The notes under the pieces were generated by a model. The model had not been told where the DNA came from and ran no database searches. It worked only from the letters and a program-made list of their open reading frames with translations. A stretch of 64,000 bases of DNA from Paecilomyces variotii (taxonomy: Eukaryota), in the NCBI GenBank assembly GCA_004022145.1, contig RCNU01000009.1; one strand, written 5' to 3'. Shown piece after piece: positions 1 through 13,973 of this stretch. Position numbers and translations under genes: made by a program. Within the stretch, counting starts at the first letter, position 1, and every line of letters starts with the position of its first letter.

Positions 1-1434
1 CCACCGCCCTCTTCAGAAGGTCTAAGTACTGTGTCAACTGAAGTCCCAAGACGGCGTAAGACGGACTCGAGGGACGGTGACTCGAGGATAGGTAGAGTAG
101 ATTTCCTTCTTTCGGAATCTCGCGGGCGCGGTGAACCCAGTGAGCTTCTGAGGGTGTCTTTCAGCAGTGATTCTCGTCTGGATGTCGGCTCAGAAAGTTT
201 AACGTCCATTTCCGTTTTGTAAACACCTATGAGACCTTCCAGACATTCACGGTAAGACTGTCTATCTCGCAAACGCTCTCTGATATCTTGTGTGGACATC
301 GTCATCTCGCTCAAAATGTCGAGGATCTGTATACAATCCAGTCAGAGAGGACCATTTCTAACTGTACCTGGGTACACTTACATGACTCAACTTTTTCTCT
401 GAGGCAGAATACATGTTCCCGTGATGATTTTCGAGCTCGCGCTGTATGGGGTCGCTGAACTGCTGCTTCGCAGATATGTCCGATAGCACAGTGATTTCGG
501 GGTATAGAGACTCTAGCTCCTCCTGCAATGCAAGCAGGACTTCGTCTTCACCTCCTGCCCCATTGAAAGCCGATGATTCCGACGTAGAATTTATCGTTTC
601 CATGTATAATCGATCTAGGCGACACTGTATTTCTTCGGAGACATATCCAGAAAGCCTGCTTGTAAGCTCTGTTGCTCGCTTCCCTGCCGCCCTATCTTCA
701 TCATCAGACCCAAGCCGTGATAGTAATCCTTCGAGTTTCTGCAGAGTCCGATCATCATCTTTTAGCCTGGCGGTCACTAGAGAAAATAGTTTTCTGCTTT
801 CGATGACTGTCGACTCTGTTCCAGTTCTCATTCTCGCCTCAAGAGTCTGTGCAAGATCATCGGCCTACATCATATTAGTGACAGTTCTGTTTAACAACTA
901 GCTTTTGAAGGAACGTACCGCGGCGCTAATATGCTGTCTCTCTAATTGATGTCTCCTCTGGACGTCTGTCAAGGCCTTTCCACGGTTCTTATGATACTCA
1001 TTGTCATCACGTAGCCTTTTCTTCGCCAATTCACATTGAGCAGTCAGCACCTCAGTGCGTCTTTTGATAGATGCTGTAGATTCTTTTAGGGAGCTAATGG
1101 CGGTGCGAATATCATCCTCCAGCAAAGGTCGCGTTGCAGTGAGGTCCGCAGTTGAAAGAAGGCCTTGAAGGGCACCAGAACTTTCTATCTTGGCATATCT
1201 ACGATTTCTGTCAGTGACTCATACATTGGTGGTCAGGATTTGGCCTGTATACAGATTGATCTCCTCCTTGGACAACAATGTGTCGGAACGGAGATGGTTG
1301 GACACCCATGTCGAATTTGCAGGGCCATCGGGCTCATTAGCGAACGCCGACTCTATGATCTCCTTCCTAAAAGGAATATCGCGCTCTCGAAAGGCAGCGA
1401 TGACCTGCTCGGCCGGGCTTTTTGAACATTCCAT
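1..1434 (-). CDS. Coiled-coil protein, probable augmin subunit HAUS3/AUG3-like; multi-exon, 3' part may run off the window
   Basis: ATG at 1434 (MECSKSPAEQ...). ORF pieces 1219-1434, 898-1125 and 358-831 are joined by GT..CTGAC/CTAAT..AG introns. Spliced N-terminus WVSNHLRSDTLLSKEEINLYAKIESSG resembles the HAUS3 N-terminal motif as I recall it; the rest is predicted helical. Confidence 0.5.
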
Positions 1435-1648
1435 GGCGCGGTGAACTTGATGGCAACAATCTATCGGCCGAACGCGCACAGAGAACGGGAAAGCCAGACG
1501 CGGTTGGGGCCCAATGACAACTTTCGGCTCGGGATCCGCTAACTTATCAAGTAGATAGACTATGACCACCAGACTTTAAATATGGTAGTATGCCACCACG
1601 GTGGAATGCCCCTCTTGCTATGAAGAATAAAGAAATTTTCACTTTCCA

Positions 1649-3509
1649 ATGTCGCCGAAGAACCAGATAGAGAGCGGTTTATATGACGCAGTCTCTGCAA
1701 TAACCTTGGTGGGTCTCATACCATATCAGCTCTGATTCTAGACGGCAATTAATACTGGATTCTAGGTTGTTCGTCTGTCGTGGCGCAGATTATTGCGATC
1801 ATGGATTCAAGTTCCCGTTGGACTCTTGCTGGCCCTTTTGACTTGCTTTGGTGTTGATTCTTTACTGGGGCTCAGTGGAGTGCCATTCCCGGCATCGGTC
1901 GCTTGTATGATTGTGCTATTTCTAGCACTGCTCTTGTCTCAGTGGCTCCTGGGCGACAAATGGACGAGGACGATAGTGAGATACATTGATATTCCAGTAT
2001 GTTAACCCTTCCTATGCATGGTCTGTTCTGGTATTAACCTTTGCGGTCTCAGTGTGGATTTTCTTTGCGATATATCAATGTCTTCTTCACCCCATCATTC
2101 ATACTTCTGCCTCTGAGTCAGTCCACCAGTGGCATAGAAATTGGTAAGATAATAGCAGTCTTCTGTAAGCTTTCCATATACACTCATTGATAAAGTCATT
2201 CAAACTCACATACAAATAGTAATCGGATATTTTGCTGTCTTCGTCTTCACGACCTTCTGCGTGAGATTGCTGCAGATGCTTCTTGGCACATCCAAACGGG
2301 CCATAACTGAAGACGAAGATCAGCCTATTCCATTGGAAAAGACCCGTGAGACGCGGAGCAGCACTTCCGAGATTACTTTACATTCTACCTCGGTGGATCC
2401 TGAAATTACTGATTCCAAGTTCGACTCTGTGATGGATAGCATCGAGAAGCCTCGTCCAGCTCAGGATCCATTCCTGGTCCGCGGCACCCTGGGTCCTCCG
2501 ACTCAGAACGTGGTTGAAGCAAGTGTTACTCCTCCAATCGCACAGGAGCCGCATCCATTGACCCGTCCTCAGCAGTGGGCTCCTTACCTGACGGCTAACC
2601 TTGATATTATGATATATACATTGCTTTTTGTCTTTATCGGACTACCCGTGTACTATGCTACTGGGTATGCCATGCCCGCGCAACTATGCCTTACTGTGGT
2701 CGCCTTCTTCGCTGCTCTATCTCTTCCCGCTCACTGGAAGAGGTTCCTTCATCCTGTTTTAGTCTCTTCTGCGGTCAGCATCTTAGCCATCTGGATCCTG
2801 GCTCTGACGAGGAGGGAGTCCCTGGATGATGGCCTGCACGCATTCAAGACCGGGACTCGTTACATAGAACTATGGCATGGTTATAAAAACTTGCCATATC
2901 CCGGTGCTGGTGATATGTTCAGTACTTTACTGGATGTGAGCATTGTGGCGCTAGCACTACCTATGTTCCAATATCGAAAAGAACTAAAACGCCATGTGAG
3001 TGCATATCTAGACGGATAGGGAAGACCTTATAGGAAAACCTTAGACTAACATACATCAGCTGTTAATCATCGTTTTACCTCTCATTCCACTAATTGCCTT
3101 GTCTATGTTCGCTTATCCAGCCGTCTGTGCAGCAATCTCGCTCTCGCCCTCCCATTCACTGGCTTTCACAGCACGGTCCTTGACTCTAGCTCTTGCAACT
3201 CCCACAAGCACGAACTTCGGCGGCGATAGCTCACTGGTGGCAGTCTTGTGCATCATGAGCGGAATCCTCGGAATCCTTGTTGGTCAGCCTCTACTGAAAT
3301 GGCTTGGTGTACGAGACGATGACTACGTGACTCGAGGAGTGACACTGGGGGCTAATAGCTCTGCAATAGCAACGGCATCTCTGCTGACGATGGACCCTCG
3401 TGCAGCAGCTTTGTCGAGCTTGGTGATGGGTCTCTTTGGAGCGGTGATGGTCGGGCTCAGCTCCGTACCGGAAATAGTTGAGGTGGTCAAGAAACTAGCT
3501 CAAACGTGA
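1649..3509 (+). CDS. LrgA/LrgB (CidA/CidB)-like fused membrane transporter (PLGG1-like)
   Basis: ATG 1649 with several short introns. N-terminal LrgA-like helices (VPFPASVACMIVLF); C-terminal LrgB motifs SIVALALPMF, ARSLTLALA, RGVTLGANSSAIATA. Stop TGA at 3509. Confidence 0.85.
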
Positions 3510-3673
3510 TATATAATTTAGTACTTTACTTGCAGAACAATGATATGAATCCTGTCGTTTAAGTATTCTGAATGCGGTGACTAGAAGACTTGTATTTCGA
3601 AGTGGTATTCGTGACCGAAATTAACAGTGCTGGCTATATGACACGCACACTTTCAAGATGCCCACAAGAAAGA

Positions 3674-5207
3674 TTAATATCCGACAACTCGACGTTGAAC
3701 CTCGCTAATAGGGACCTGGGTGTTGGTGGTCCCCTCTTCCGGGTTGGGATAGTACCATGTAGTAACTGCGATAATGATATATACCAGGACGCAAAGCGCC
3801 CCTTCGAGATAGTTGGATTTCCCGTCCCGAAGGAAGTTCCCAACCACGAGAATTGCGAGGACGAGTAGGACGATCATGAATATTTCAAAGTTCAGGTCCA
3901 TATCCTTGCCGAGACCCCACCCGACTATGACAACCAAGGGCGCGTTAAAGAGGGCAGTTTGGATCGATGGCCCTAGGCAGTGGAACAGTGCAAAGTTTAT
4001 TTGGTTATCCCTATTCGAAGTTATTAGGAGTAGGCGAAGAAAAGAGGCAGTGGTAGTTCTTACCAGGCTTCGTCAATGGCTGTAAGATGCTCCGCAGCCT
4101 TTTCTACCAAAGGAACTAATATTAATCCCATGAAGTTATCCGGCACGCCTAGCTCAACAATATGGCGGATCTCGAGGACCAGGAACACGGCGTGCATACA
4201 GACGCAGGTGATAGCGATTGCAACTGCTAAAAGGGCCTCCGTCAATGTGAGTTTACACCTTATCAGCTCCTTGGTTCGATCCTTGTCAGCGGACTCATCG
4301 AGCTCGAGGACTTCATCGAAAATGCTGTGATTTTTTCGGAGGTTAAACCAGAGATATCTGATTCCCGATTAGTACGTATATCATGGATGCTTTTGGTCGA
4401 GACCGCTTATACTCACGTCAGGAAAGCTACCAGTAGAATGACAGAAGTCGCCCTGCTGATAGTGCGAGTGCTCGCAATCAAGTCCTCTGGCGTGAAGGTA
4501 CTTCTGTTTGCGCTTCCAGAGAGGGCAGAGTAGAATGCACTGGGAATCAACAATCCAAAACCAGCAACCAATAGTAACCCCGAACCAACTTCGCTCACTG
4601 CTGCGTGGAAGACTTGTTCATCTCGTCGCATACCACCGGCGAAGAAGCATAGTCCCAGACAGAACAACAGGTTAGCAAGGATTGAGCCCAATATCGCGGC
4701 CTGAATAACAGGCACTAGGTTGTTCTTTGCATCACTGTTACTGATGAGTGTCATCATAAGGACGATTTCCACGACGGCGCTCAGGGTCGTCTCCAACAGG
4801 ATCCCGGGCACTCTCGGCAGCTTCTTGGATAATTCTCCTCCAGCGAAACCGAGCAGGTTGGCCGTTGGGACCATAGCGATATAATTGAGGGCAAAGATCC
4901 AAACATGGAGATCCGGCCTTGCGAAGTGAATCACAATTGCAGGGGGTACAAATGGCCATAGTATATTGACTACCATGGATAAGGTGCATGTACTCCTGAC
5001 ACAGATCTTGAGGAAAAATTTGGGGTCAATTCCAGATCGCCCACTTTCACCAGCTGGGTCTACGTGGAATATTGGGGGTAGCTTCTCCTTCTGATTCTTT
5101 TCCTTGTGTGTCGGAAGAGACTCATCCTGGCGACCAGAAACTGCGAGCTCTGGTTCGCCGGCCTCGATGGCAGACTGCCGAGAGGACGAGCGATTCACAA
5201 GTGCCAT
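3674..5207 (-). CDS. Vacuolar Ca2+/H+ exchanger (CAX/VCX1 family)
   Basis: Alpha-1 repeat AAILGSILANLLFCLG, alpha-2 repeat LVPLVEKAAEH, and DGKSNYLEG. ATG 5207; introns near 4413-4360 and 4060-4010. Confidence 0.9.
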
Positions 5208-6581
5208 TTCGACCAATGGCGACAACTGCAGACAGTTCAGATTGCAGATGCTTCGATCGCAATCGCGCAGTCGCTGTCTGAGGACCAGTATACAGTCAGC
5301 GTCGCCAGGATCGACCGGGGAACTTGGACCCAACAGGAAAGATATAAACAAAGACCGTAAAAATCAGTATGGGTGGGCAGTCAGAGGAGGAAAGCTTCGC
5401 AAGGAAACAAGAAAAGAGTAATTAGCAGTAGAAAACTGGATACACAGTCCAAAATAACCAGACCGCTGGCGTGGAGAGGCGATGACTTGGCAAGGGACCG
5501 TGCTCGTGATGAAGTTATTCCCACTCGAGCACCTCTGCTAATAAAATGGATTCCCAGTTTGGTTGACGATCAAATAGAGTATACGCTGAAATCACGATTC
5601 GATCTTAGCCGCCTACAGCCATCCCGAACCCGAGGCAAAAGCTATGCTGGAAGGCTCTTCAAGCAGTCGATGGTCTAGTTGTTGAAATAATATCGGCTTG
5701 GGGGCCAAGCATACCAAGAGTCCAAGGCTAGATAGTGTATCTGGACGGTGGATCTGGGAGGACAAACTAATAACACTTACTGGGCCGAACGACACAGCCA
5801 CAAGCAAGCACAGGACACCTGGAATCGTTTCAAGTAATTAATCTCGGGTGAAGCACAAATAATACACGAGCCAAGAAGCCAATGGAGTCAGGGGTAGTTT
5901 GACATTTTCTGCTCAGCGCAGCTATAAGAGATGAGCGGTCACATCATGGCTCAGCTGAGCAGTAAACATAAGGATGCATAGTCGTGTGATACGGTCTGGT
6001 GGCTTTGCAACAACAATAGCTGTGAGAGGGTGTTCCTGCTTGCAATGATGAAACTTGGATTAGCCAGAATATGTTCGTGCTCTGATGGCCGTAAATAAAC
6101 AATAGCCAAACAATAATGATAGTTAGGAAAAAAGCTTTCTGTTATATAATTCGGCATACCGGTTCGACTTAGGCGCAGAGTTGCGTCATTGTTTACAAAA
6201 GCAGCAAAGCGAATGTATATATTCCATTTGCAATAGTTCTTGACGAGCAATACTGATCAAAATAATAATAACTAACGTATTCAGAAGTATATTTGTGTGG
6301 TTTCATACGGACTTGGTTAGCATAAGCTTACTTACTGGATCTGCCGCCCTAGAATGGTCCGGAAGCGGCTACCATCGGAGTATTAATTATTAAGTATTAT
6401 TTTACCGCGCCATGCCTTTGCATCACTCGATCACGCCATGAAAAGGGCTTCTTTTGATTCATTTTGCCTGACATTTCTTTCCTATCGCCTACCTCTAGCG
6501 CTGGACCCGTTGTTTCTATTTACAATTTTCTTCCTGTCGCCTGGTTTCCCTCTCGCCTCCGATTAGGGAGTTCTGATCAGG

Positions 6582-8347
6582 ATGTCATCAATCACTAGCC
6601 CCGCCAACCCACCGGTGGTGATAGATTCGGCCATCCAGCAGATAGGCAATACGCCTTTGGTCCGGCTGAACAAAGTCCCAAAGAGTCTGGGAATTGAAGC
6701 GACCGTGTATGCAAAGCTGGAGTTCTTCAATGCAGGCGGCAGTGTCAAGGACAGGATCGCATTGCGTATGATCGAGGAGGCGGAACGGACAGGAAGGATA
6801 AAGCCTGGGGATACCTTGATTGAACCCACCAGTGGTAACACGTGTGTTATGAACATCCTCTTTTCTGTTTTGGGGACCCTTCAATGAGGATGCATTCTAA
6901 TCCTTTAACTAGGGGTATCGGATTGGCCTTGGTTGCGGCAGTGAAAGGTTGGTAATCATGCTCAAAGCCCTTGATTGCGAAGATACTGATAATTTCCCAA
7001 GGCTACAAGACAATAATCACGCTTCCCGAGAAGATGTCTGCAGAGAAGGTATCCGTCTTGCGTGCGCTCGGTGCCACCATCATCCGTACTCCCACACAAG
7101 CGGCATACGACTCGCCTGAATCCCACATCGGTGTCGCAAAACGCCTCGAGAAAGAACTGCCCAATGCGCACATTTTGGATCAATACAACAATGAGAACAA
7201 CCCTCTGGCACATGAACTTGGAACCGCTGAGGAGATATGGACACAGACGAAGGGAAAGATCACAGCGATCGTGGCAGGCGCTGGAACCGGAGGCACCATC
7301 ACCGGTCTGGCGAAAGGGTTGAGAAAGCATAACCCCAACGTCAAGGTTATCGCCGCGGACCCCTTCGGATCAATTCTGGCGTGCCCAGCCTCGCTGAATG
7401 AAGAGCATGCCAACGAACCCTACAAAGTCGAGGGTATCGGATACGACTTCATACCTAAAGTGTTGGACCAGGACATAGTGGACAAATGGTACAAGACAGG
7501 CGACAAGGAATCTTTCCAATTGGCCAGACGTTTGATCGCCGAAGAGGGTCTGCTTGTGGGTGGCAGCAGTGGAAGTGCCCTGGCGGCACTTGCAAAGGCC
7601 GCGGAGGACAACCAGTTCGGAAAGGACGATGTTGTGGTTGTCATTCTACCAGACAGTATCCGTAGTTATCTCACTAAGGTACTGAGCCAGTCACCCTCCC
7701 TCATTCTGCAGTTTTGTCTTTCCATCTCTCTGTTTGACTTTACTAACGAAGCTCAGTTTGCGGATGACGACTGGCTTGCCGCAAATGGCCTTCTTCCCTC
7801 TCCGCCCGTGGAACCTGCAGAAGGTGTCCCTGAATCGCAGGCTCAGCAGAAGGATCCTTTGGCTGGAGCTACGGTTAGATCTCTCAGACTGAAACCAGTG
7901 ACAACAGTCACGGCCGACTCGTCATGTGAGGCTGCCATCGAGACAATGCGTGAGAAGGGCTTCGACCAGCTTCCAGTGCTGGCACCTTCCAGCAGGAAGC
8001 TCGTGGGTCTCGTCACCTTGGGCAATATCCTAAGCTGGTTGACACATGGACGAGCTAGTCCAAAGAGCCCAGTCTCAGAGGTCATGTTTGATTTCGCGAA
8101 GCTTACCGAAGTGGTCACGGATCCGAGAGATATTAGTGACATCGACGCGAAGCAGTCTTCCAAGCCCAAGGGCAAGCGCCGCAAGTTCGTTGAAATCACT
8201 CTCGACACTCCTCTCAGTGTCCTGAACCGATTCTTTGAATGGAACAGCGCTGCCGTGGTCACCGAAAAGGATGAGAACGGGACAGTCAAGCCAGTGGCCG
8301 TAGCGACCAAAGTCGACCTGCTCACCTGGATGTTGCATCGGTCTTAA
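6582..8347 (+). CDS. CYS4: Cystathionine beta-synthase (PLP domain plus C-terminal CBS pair)
   Basis: [25 protein letters not shown] (PLP lysine), [21 protein letters not shown]-terminal CBS domains (GFDQLPV). Three short introns. Confidence 0.97.
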
Positions 8348-9190
8348 ATAAGATTCTTGTTTCTGACTCTTATTCTTTTTCGTTTACAGTCTCAATTATT
8401 TGTGTAATCAGTCATGATTGATGTGTTCTGGGAATTCAACTCGAACAGAACGGTGGGCGTCTTGATAGAATGTGCGTGATGTTAGACCGGCATAGGATTA
8501 CCGTCTCAACACTTGGCGTGGGGAAAAAAAAGAGAGCCAGTATAATTGCATTTTGATTCTGTTCGCATCCTACAATCTTGCTTGAATTAATTCTCATATT
8601 AGTAGACTATTATAGTGTTTCTCCTTAGTCCAGTATCCAGAAGGATGTCACACCACCGGTATTAACTGTTCAATTGATCCGGAGCAGGAGGTAGATCATA
8701 TTCCCTCAGGCCACAAGGAGCGCAGTGGCCGAGCATGGAAATTCCCTATATTGACTCCAATATATACAATGCACCGTCGCAAGTGGAGCGTAACCTGAAA
8801 CGTACTATGCTCTGCTCGAGACGTGACCTACAGCGGGATTTGACGAATGGCAGAAGCTCCTTTTTTGAGTCGAAGGCGGCAGCTTACCTTTGCTAATATC
8901 CTAACTGGCTGTAAGGGAGAATTGCAAGGATCAGGAGATTACTCAAGCTAAGAAAAGAAAAAAAGAAAAAGAAAAACACACAAAAATACTTTTTTTCAGA
9001 GGGGAGGTGTAATAACTCTTGCTTTTCAGCGTTCCGCTACTGTCTCGATAAGGATAGACGCTGGGCGCGAACGCATAAACATACCTAAGTGTAATATCTA
9101 TTCCATAATTCGAATGCCTGATCATCGACATTAGAGGGTATCATTGTGCATCAGACGTAGAGAGCAGTAGAACCCCGTTCATCAACAGAA

Positions 9191-10230
9191 CTACAGGCAC
9201 ATTCCCACCCATTCTTCCCATTTCCGCACCCCAGACTCTGCGTCTGTCTCGCTGCTATTCTGAACTGCACCACCCACAACTTCTACCTTCAAACCGACTT
9301 CTTCTTGTAGTAGCTGGAAACTGAATACTCCCTGTCCATCATCACCGCCGAGAATTTCGTCATCCGCTTCACCGGTCGACGAATCCGCGCTTGCATCCAT
9401 GAGGCCCTTGCTTCTTGATTTTCTGATGTTCTCGATCTCAGCTTCCAGCTTATTACGCACAGAGCTCGGAGGCAGAGCAGTGAACAGATCCTGCTTGTTC
9501 GCCGCCACAAGAACCGGGACCTCGGTCGCAACCTTAGAAGAAGACTTGCCCTTGTTCAGGGCCCGCTTCTGGAGATATAGAAGAACGTCGTGTAAGTAGG
9601 CGGCCGTCTCTCTCAACGTTTCGTTATCCGAAAGAGCAGCAGAATCGACAACGAAGATGACACCTCGAGCTTTCGATTTCGGATTCTTGGCGTTGGTCAT
9701 CGACACGAGTCGACCAATGCCTTCGGTCTGTCGGAGCTTGCCATGTCCAGGAGTGTCTCTTAACTGGTATTTGATCGGGTTTCTCGAAATATCGGACAGT
9801 GAGGGATCATTGACGGAGCGATAGCGGTTGGAAGCAGTCGGAACGGTGGGTGGAAGAGTAACAGTCGTGAAGGTGGAGGTTTGAGAAGTATGGGTGGATC
9901 GTACAGGCTGTCCTAGGCGCTGAGACTTTCCTTCAAGCTGTTCCGTTGTTAGCAACAGGCCGTTCTTCTTTTATTCCTATCCGAGAGACACCGATAGGAA
10001 GTTATAGGGAAACGCACTAATGAAAAAAGAGCTGTCTTGCCAGAGCCACTTGGGCCAAGTAGCAGGAAAGACGTCGACGGCGGAGAAGCTGCGCCTCGAT
10101 AAAGTAGATAGTGTAACAGAATCGGAAAGCCAAAGGCGATGACAGCTGTTATTAAAATAGCTATCGGACTGCCATCTAGCAAATTGGTTGCAATGCCTCT
10201 CAATGAGGTCCAGTCGGCGTCTGTGGTCAT
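9191..10230 (-). CDS. SRP102: Signal recognition particle receptor beta subunit (GTPase)
   Basis: N-terminal TM helix, P-loop GPSGSGKT, DTPGHGKLR, ANKQD, C-terminal WEEWV. One intron at about 10016-9940. Confidence 0.92.
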
Positions 10231-10631
10231 CCTCAAGGTAGGATCATCTATCTGCAGCGTATGCAGGTCGACCCAAGCTAACCGGTGTCCCACGGCAATC
10301 TAAATGAAATCAGAAGAAGAAAGGTATACACAAACGAAGAAAGACAATTGAGAAAGGAGAAGCGAATCCGAGAGAAAAGATTACAACAAAGAGTAGAGCA
10401 CGAGTAGACTAACTACGGTCTTACCTTATCCGAGCGGGACGATGCGAGCAAGTGCCAAAGCAGTTTAGCGGCCATTTGGAGTGGTGCATGTGTTTCATAC
10501 TAACAACTCATGCTATCGTTCAACCGTTGATTCCTTGCTCTTTTCCCCTCTTCTTCTCCTCTGGCCTGGTGTTCTGGTCCTCTCGTGCTCCCCCCCTGCA
10601 ACTGCTCGGTGTCTTCCACCGTTTTTCCAAC

Positions 10632-11619
10632 ATGAAGTTAATCCGCACTTTGTCCTTGCTCGTGGCACTCGCTTCTGCCGCGTTGGCCGATGTCGAATTC
10701 CTCGAACCAGACGCCGGAGCGACTGCCAAAGGAGGAGACACAATAACCGTTCGATGGAGGGATTCTGGAAAGGAACCGAAGCTGTCACAGCTCACACGAT
10801 ATGATTTATATCTCTGTGCTGGCGGAGATACGGCGGATTCTTATGTGAGCTAATCTTCCCCCCTTTGCAGCCCTCTGTCAAGTTATCAGTACTGATGTAA
10901 CTCGCGTTGCAGGAGGAACTGTCTCATCTCATCGAGGAAGGTACATTTGCACGAGGGAATTCGGTTTCGTTCAAGATTGATCCAGAGGTTGGAGACGGTG
11001 ACGAGAACGCATAGTACGCCCCTTTATCCGTCTCTTCCCAACATGTCACTTACAATGTCCAGTTTCCTCAAGATGGTCTCCAAGGGCCCCGATGCGGAAG
11101 TCGTCAATTACTCCAAGCGTTTCACTCTCACTCAAATGACGGGCACTTTTCCGTCCAACGTGCGTGATGGGCTTGCTTCTGTCTCTGATGATCTGGGCGG
11201 CCCCGGCTCCAAGGTTGATGAGGAACAGTCGACACTGGAGCGCGAAGAATTGCGGAAGAGACAAGAGAAGGGCGAGTACACAGTACCGTACCAGGATCAA
11301 TTGACCGGCTTAACCAGATATGCGCCAGCAGCGAAGCAGCCTGGTACGACGATAACTGCGAAGAGCGCCAAGCGCCAATTTCCTACCAGTGCCTACGTCG
11401 TGGCCACCACTTTCTTGCCAGAGCCCACGGTTGAAGTGACTTTGACAGCCACTGCTACTTTCTCCACTTCTAGCATTGAGAACACTGTATGAAACCCATG
11501 ACTTACCCATCGAAGACTTACAACGCACCTGCTGACCAATACTCCTTTTCTAGGCTTCGCCTGCTCCGCAACCCGACAGTGACCTGAAGCGCTTCCTGAG
11601 GAGATGGCAAGACGAATAG
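10632..11619 (+). CDS. KRE9: Cell wall beta-1,6-glucan synthesis protein (KRE9/KNH1 family)
   Basis: Signal peptide MKLIRTLSLLVALASAALA, YDLYLCAGG, NYSKRFTLTQMTG, YTVPYQDQLTGLTRYAP, C-terminal FLRRWQDE. Three introns. Confidence 0.88.
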
Positions 11620-12096
11620 ATGTCTCTGAAGCGGACTCCGTTATTTTTGGACTTATTAATAAAAAGAACTGACCTTCAGCACAGTCTGTTCTCCCCTTGA
11701 GGTCATTTACCATGCATCTACCGGACGACTTTTACTTGACGGCGTTATATGGACACATGAGACAATATCCTAATTTTTTGAAGTAATTCTGCTGCCATTG
11801 ACGATCATACGATATTCACTCAGCCGGGTCTAATTTATTGACAGTTTTCTTGTTTGGAGAGATAGCCTATATGATAGCGAATTCCATTACCACTTTTATT
11901 TACGTTATATGTCATCTTAGAGAGCAGTCATATACCGACCTCCTTAAGATGCTTGCACGACACTATACTACGTAATGGTGGTATGTTCAATCTCAGGCCT
12001 GCTGAGTCGTACATGCCAGTCCTTACGTGGAGGGCGGATGATCTTCCAAAAAATCTGGCGCAGCGTCCATGCTTGGCCTCTCGTCACGGGTATCGA

Positions 12097-13678
12097 TTAT
12101 CGGTGTGCTAGTCTCTCGAATGATGACGGGGTGGCAGAACGACTTGGTGCCTCGAAAAAGGATATGTTTTCTCGAAGAGCAACATATTCGCTATCGGCGT
12201 AACCCAAGATAGACTGGATCTGCGTGCTTCGCACCCCCTTGATCCGAAGGATCTCCGCACTTCCATAATTGACCAGCGCTCTCCCCACCTCTTTTGGCTC
12301 CTCTCCGTGGTGCATGAAATCACCGTCCAGTGCAGATGAAGCGCGCTTCTCAACAACTGCTAGCTTGACTGCTTCCTGTTGAGCAAAGTGACCCTCGACT
12401 CCTACCACACCAGCCGGGAGAAGACCTGCTTTGTTTTGCAACGCATTGTATGCGCCTTGGTCTATGTAGACTGTTCCGTGGGGCTTAAGGCCATGAAGTA
12501 GCCAGAATGAACGAGACTGGACTGGTGTGGCGGAGGGCAGGAAACGAGTGTGAAGAGGTGCTCTTGGTATGTCGGACACATCTTCAAGCTTGGCGTCCGA
12601 ACCTCTGTCAAGCTGGGGCGAGCTTATCAGTGTATCTTTGAGTCGCTGAAGGTATCTAACAATTTCGTGGACATTGCCGGGTTTTGAACTTCGAGTAATG
12701 ACCGTTGTCACGCCAGCACTGGTTGCCAATTTGGCAGCGACAATCTTCGTACTCATGCCACCGGTTCCCAGAGCAGAGCCGGCTGTTGAGACGTCGGCTT
12801 GCAGAGCAGATATATCAGAGACGACTTCAATGGGTTTTGCATCTGGACTAGTCCGTGGGTTTGCCGTGTACAAACAGTCAACGTCTGTCATGAGGAAAAG
12901 ATAATCTGCTTTCACCATGGCTGCAGTAATTGCCGAGAGGGTATCATTATCTCCGAATTTGATTTCCTAGCTGCAGTTTTAGCATTCATCTCGACTGCAT
13001 CGATATATATGGGGCGCTCCGTACTGCAACTGCCAAAGTATCGTTCTCGTTCACGATAGGGATTACTCCCATGTTCAAGAGTTCCGAAAATGTATTTTGG
13101 GCATTGAGATATTGAGTTGTCTGTTCCCATTGTTAGTCACCGCAAAGCGCAACTGTCCATTCTAAGAGCTAGAAGGCACTCACGTCTGCAATGTCATTTC
13201 GTGTTAAGAGAATTTGCGCCACGGGCTGTCTAAGATGTGCAAATAGACTATCCCACAGGCTCATGAGTCTACATTGACCAACAGCCGCCAATGCCTACGA
13301 AATCGATTTAGCCGGAGAACGAATTTGACGATTAATATGGCTGCCCGATATTTCATTGCGCCCTTACCTGTATTCGAGGAAGATGCTTCGGTCTTTTCTC
13401 TACATCCATCCGCCGCAATCCTACGCCAACGGCGCCCGATGAAACCAGAATGACCCTATGTCCATCCCTACGTAATTTGACGGCCGTTTCGACAATCAAT
13501 GTCAATATAGAAAGGATTGGTTCATGGCTATTCTCGTCGACGATAGAGCTTGTGCCTGCAATGATACAAAATGTTAGATCTCTGACTCATAGAAAGACTG
13601 CAGATGGGACAAATACTCCGCACCCAATTTTATAACGATTGTGAGACTTCCCGAGTCTCTTGTGGCATTTTCATCCAT
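12097..13678 (-). CDS. PRO1: Glutamate 5-kinase with PUA domain
   Basis: TIVIKLG start, [22 protein letters not shown] domain ([14 protein letters not shown]). Several introns. Confidence 0.95.
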
Positions 13679-13973
13679 CCCCACGGCGCAGTATATAAGA
13701 CAATTCGTAAAGAAAAAAAGGGTTCAACTTTTAATTGAATCACTAGTCCATCGCATGAATTCTGAAGCGAAGGGACCGTTCGGAGATCTTGTTACTTCCT
13801 CCGGTTCGGAGCTGCGGGGAGCAAAAGACACATTTTATATTCTGCCATACTTTACCGCCTAAAGTGCGACGAGGAACTTTCGGCGTTCGAGTGATCACTT
13901 AGTTGGCGCGAGCTCAGCTTTATTCTTTTAAGTTGGACAAAACAACAAATCGGGGAAGAATCCATCTGAAGCC

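Noticed and set aside
8640..8940. GC-balanced intergenic stretch with a small hairpin (GGCCAC..GTGGCC); possible ncRNA
   Set aside because: No identifiable RNA family motifs; a 6-bp stem is weak evidence.
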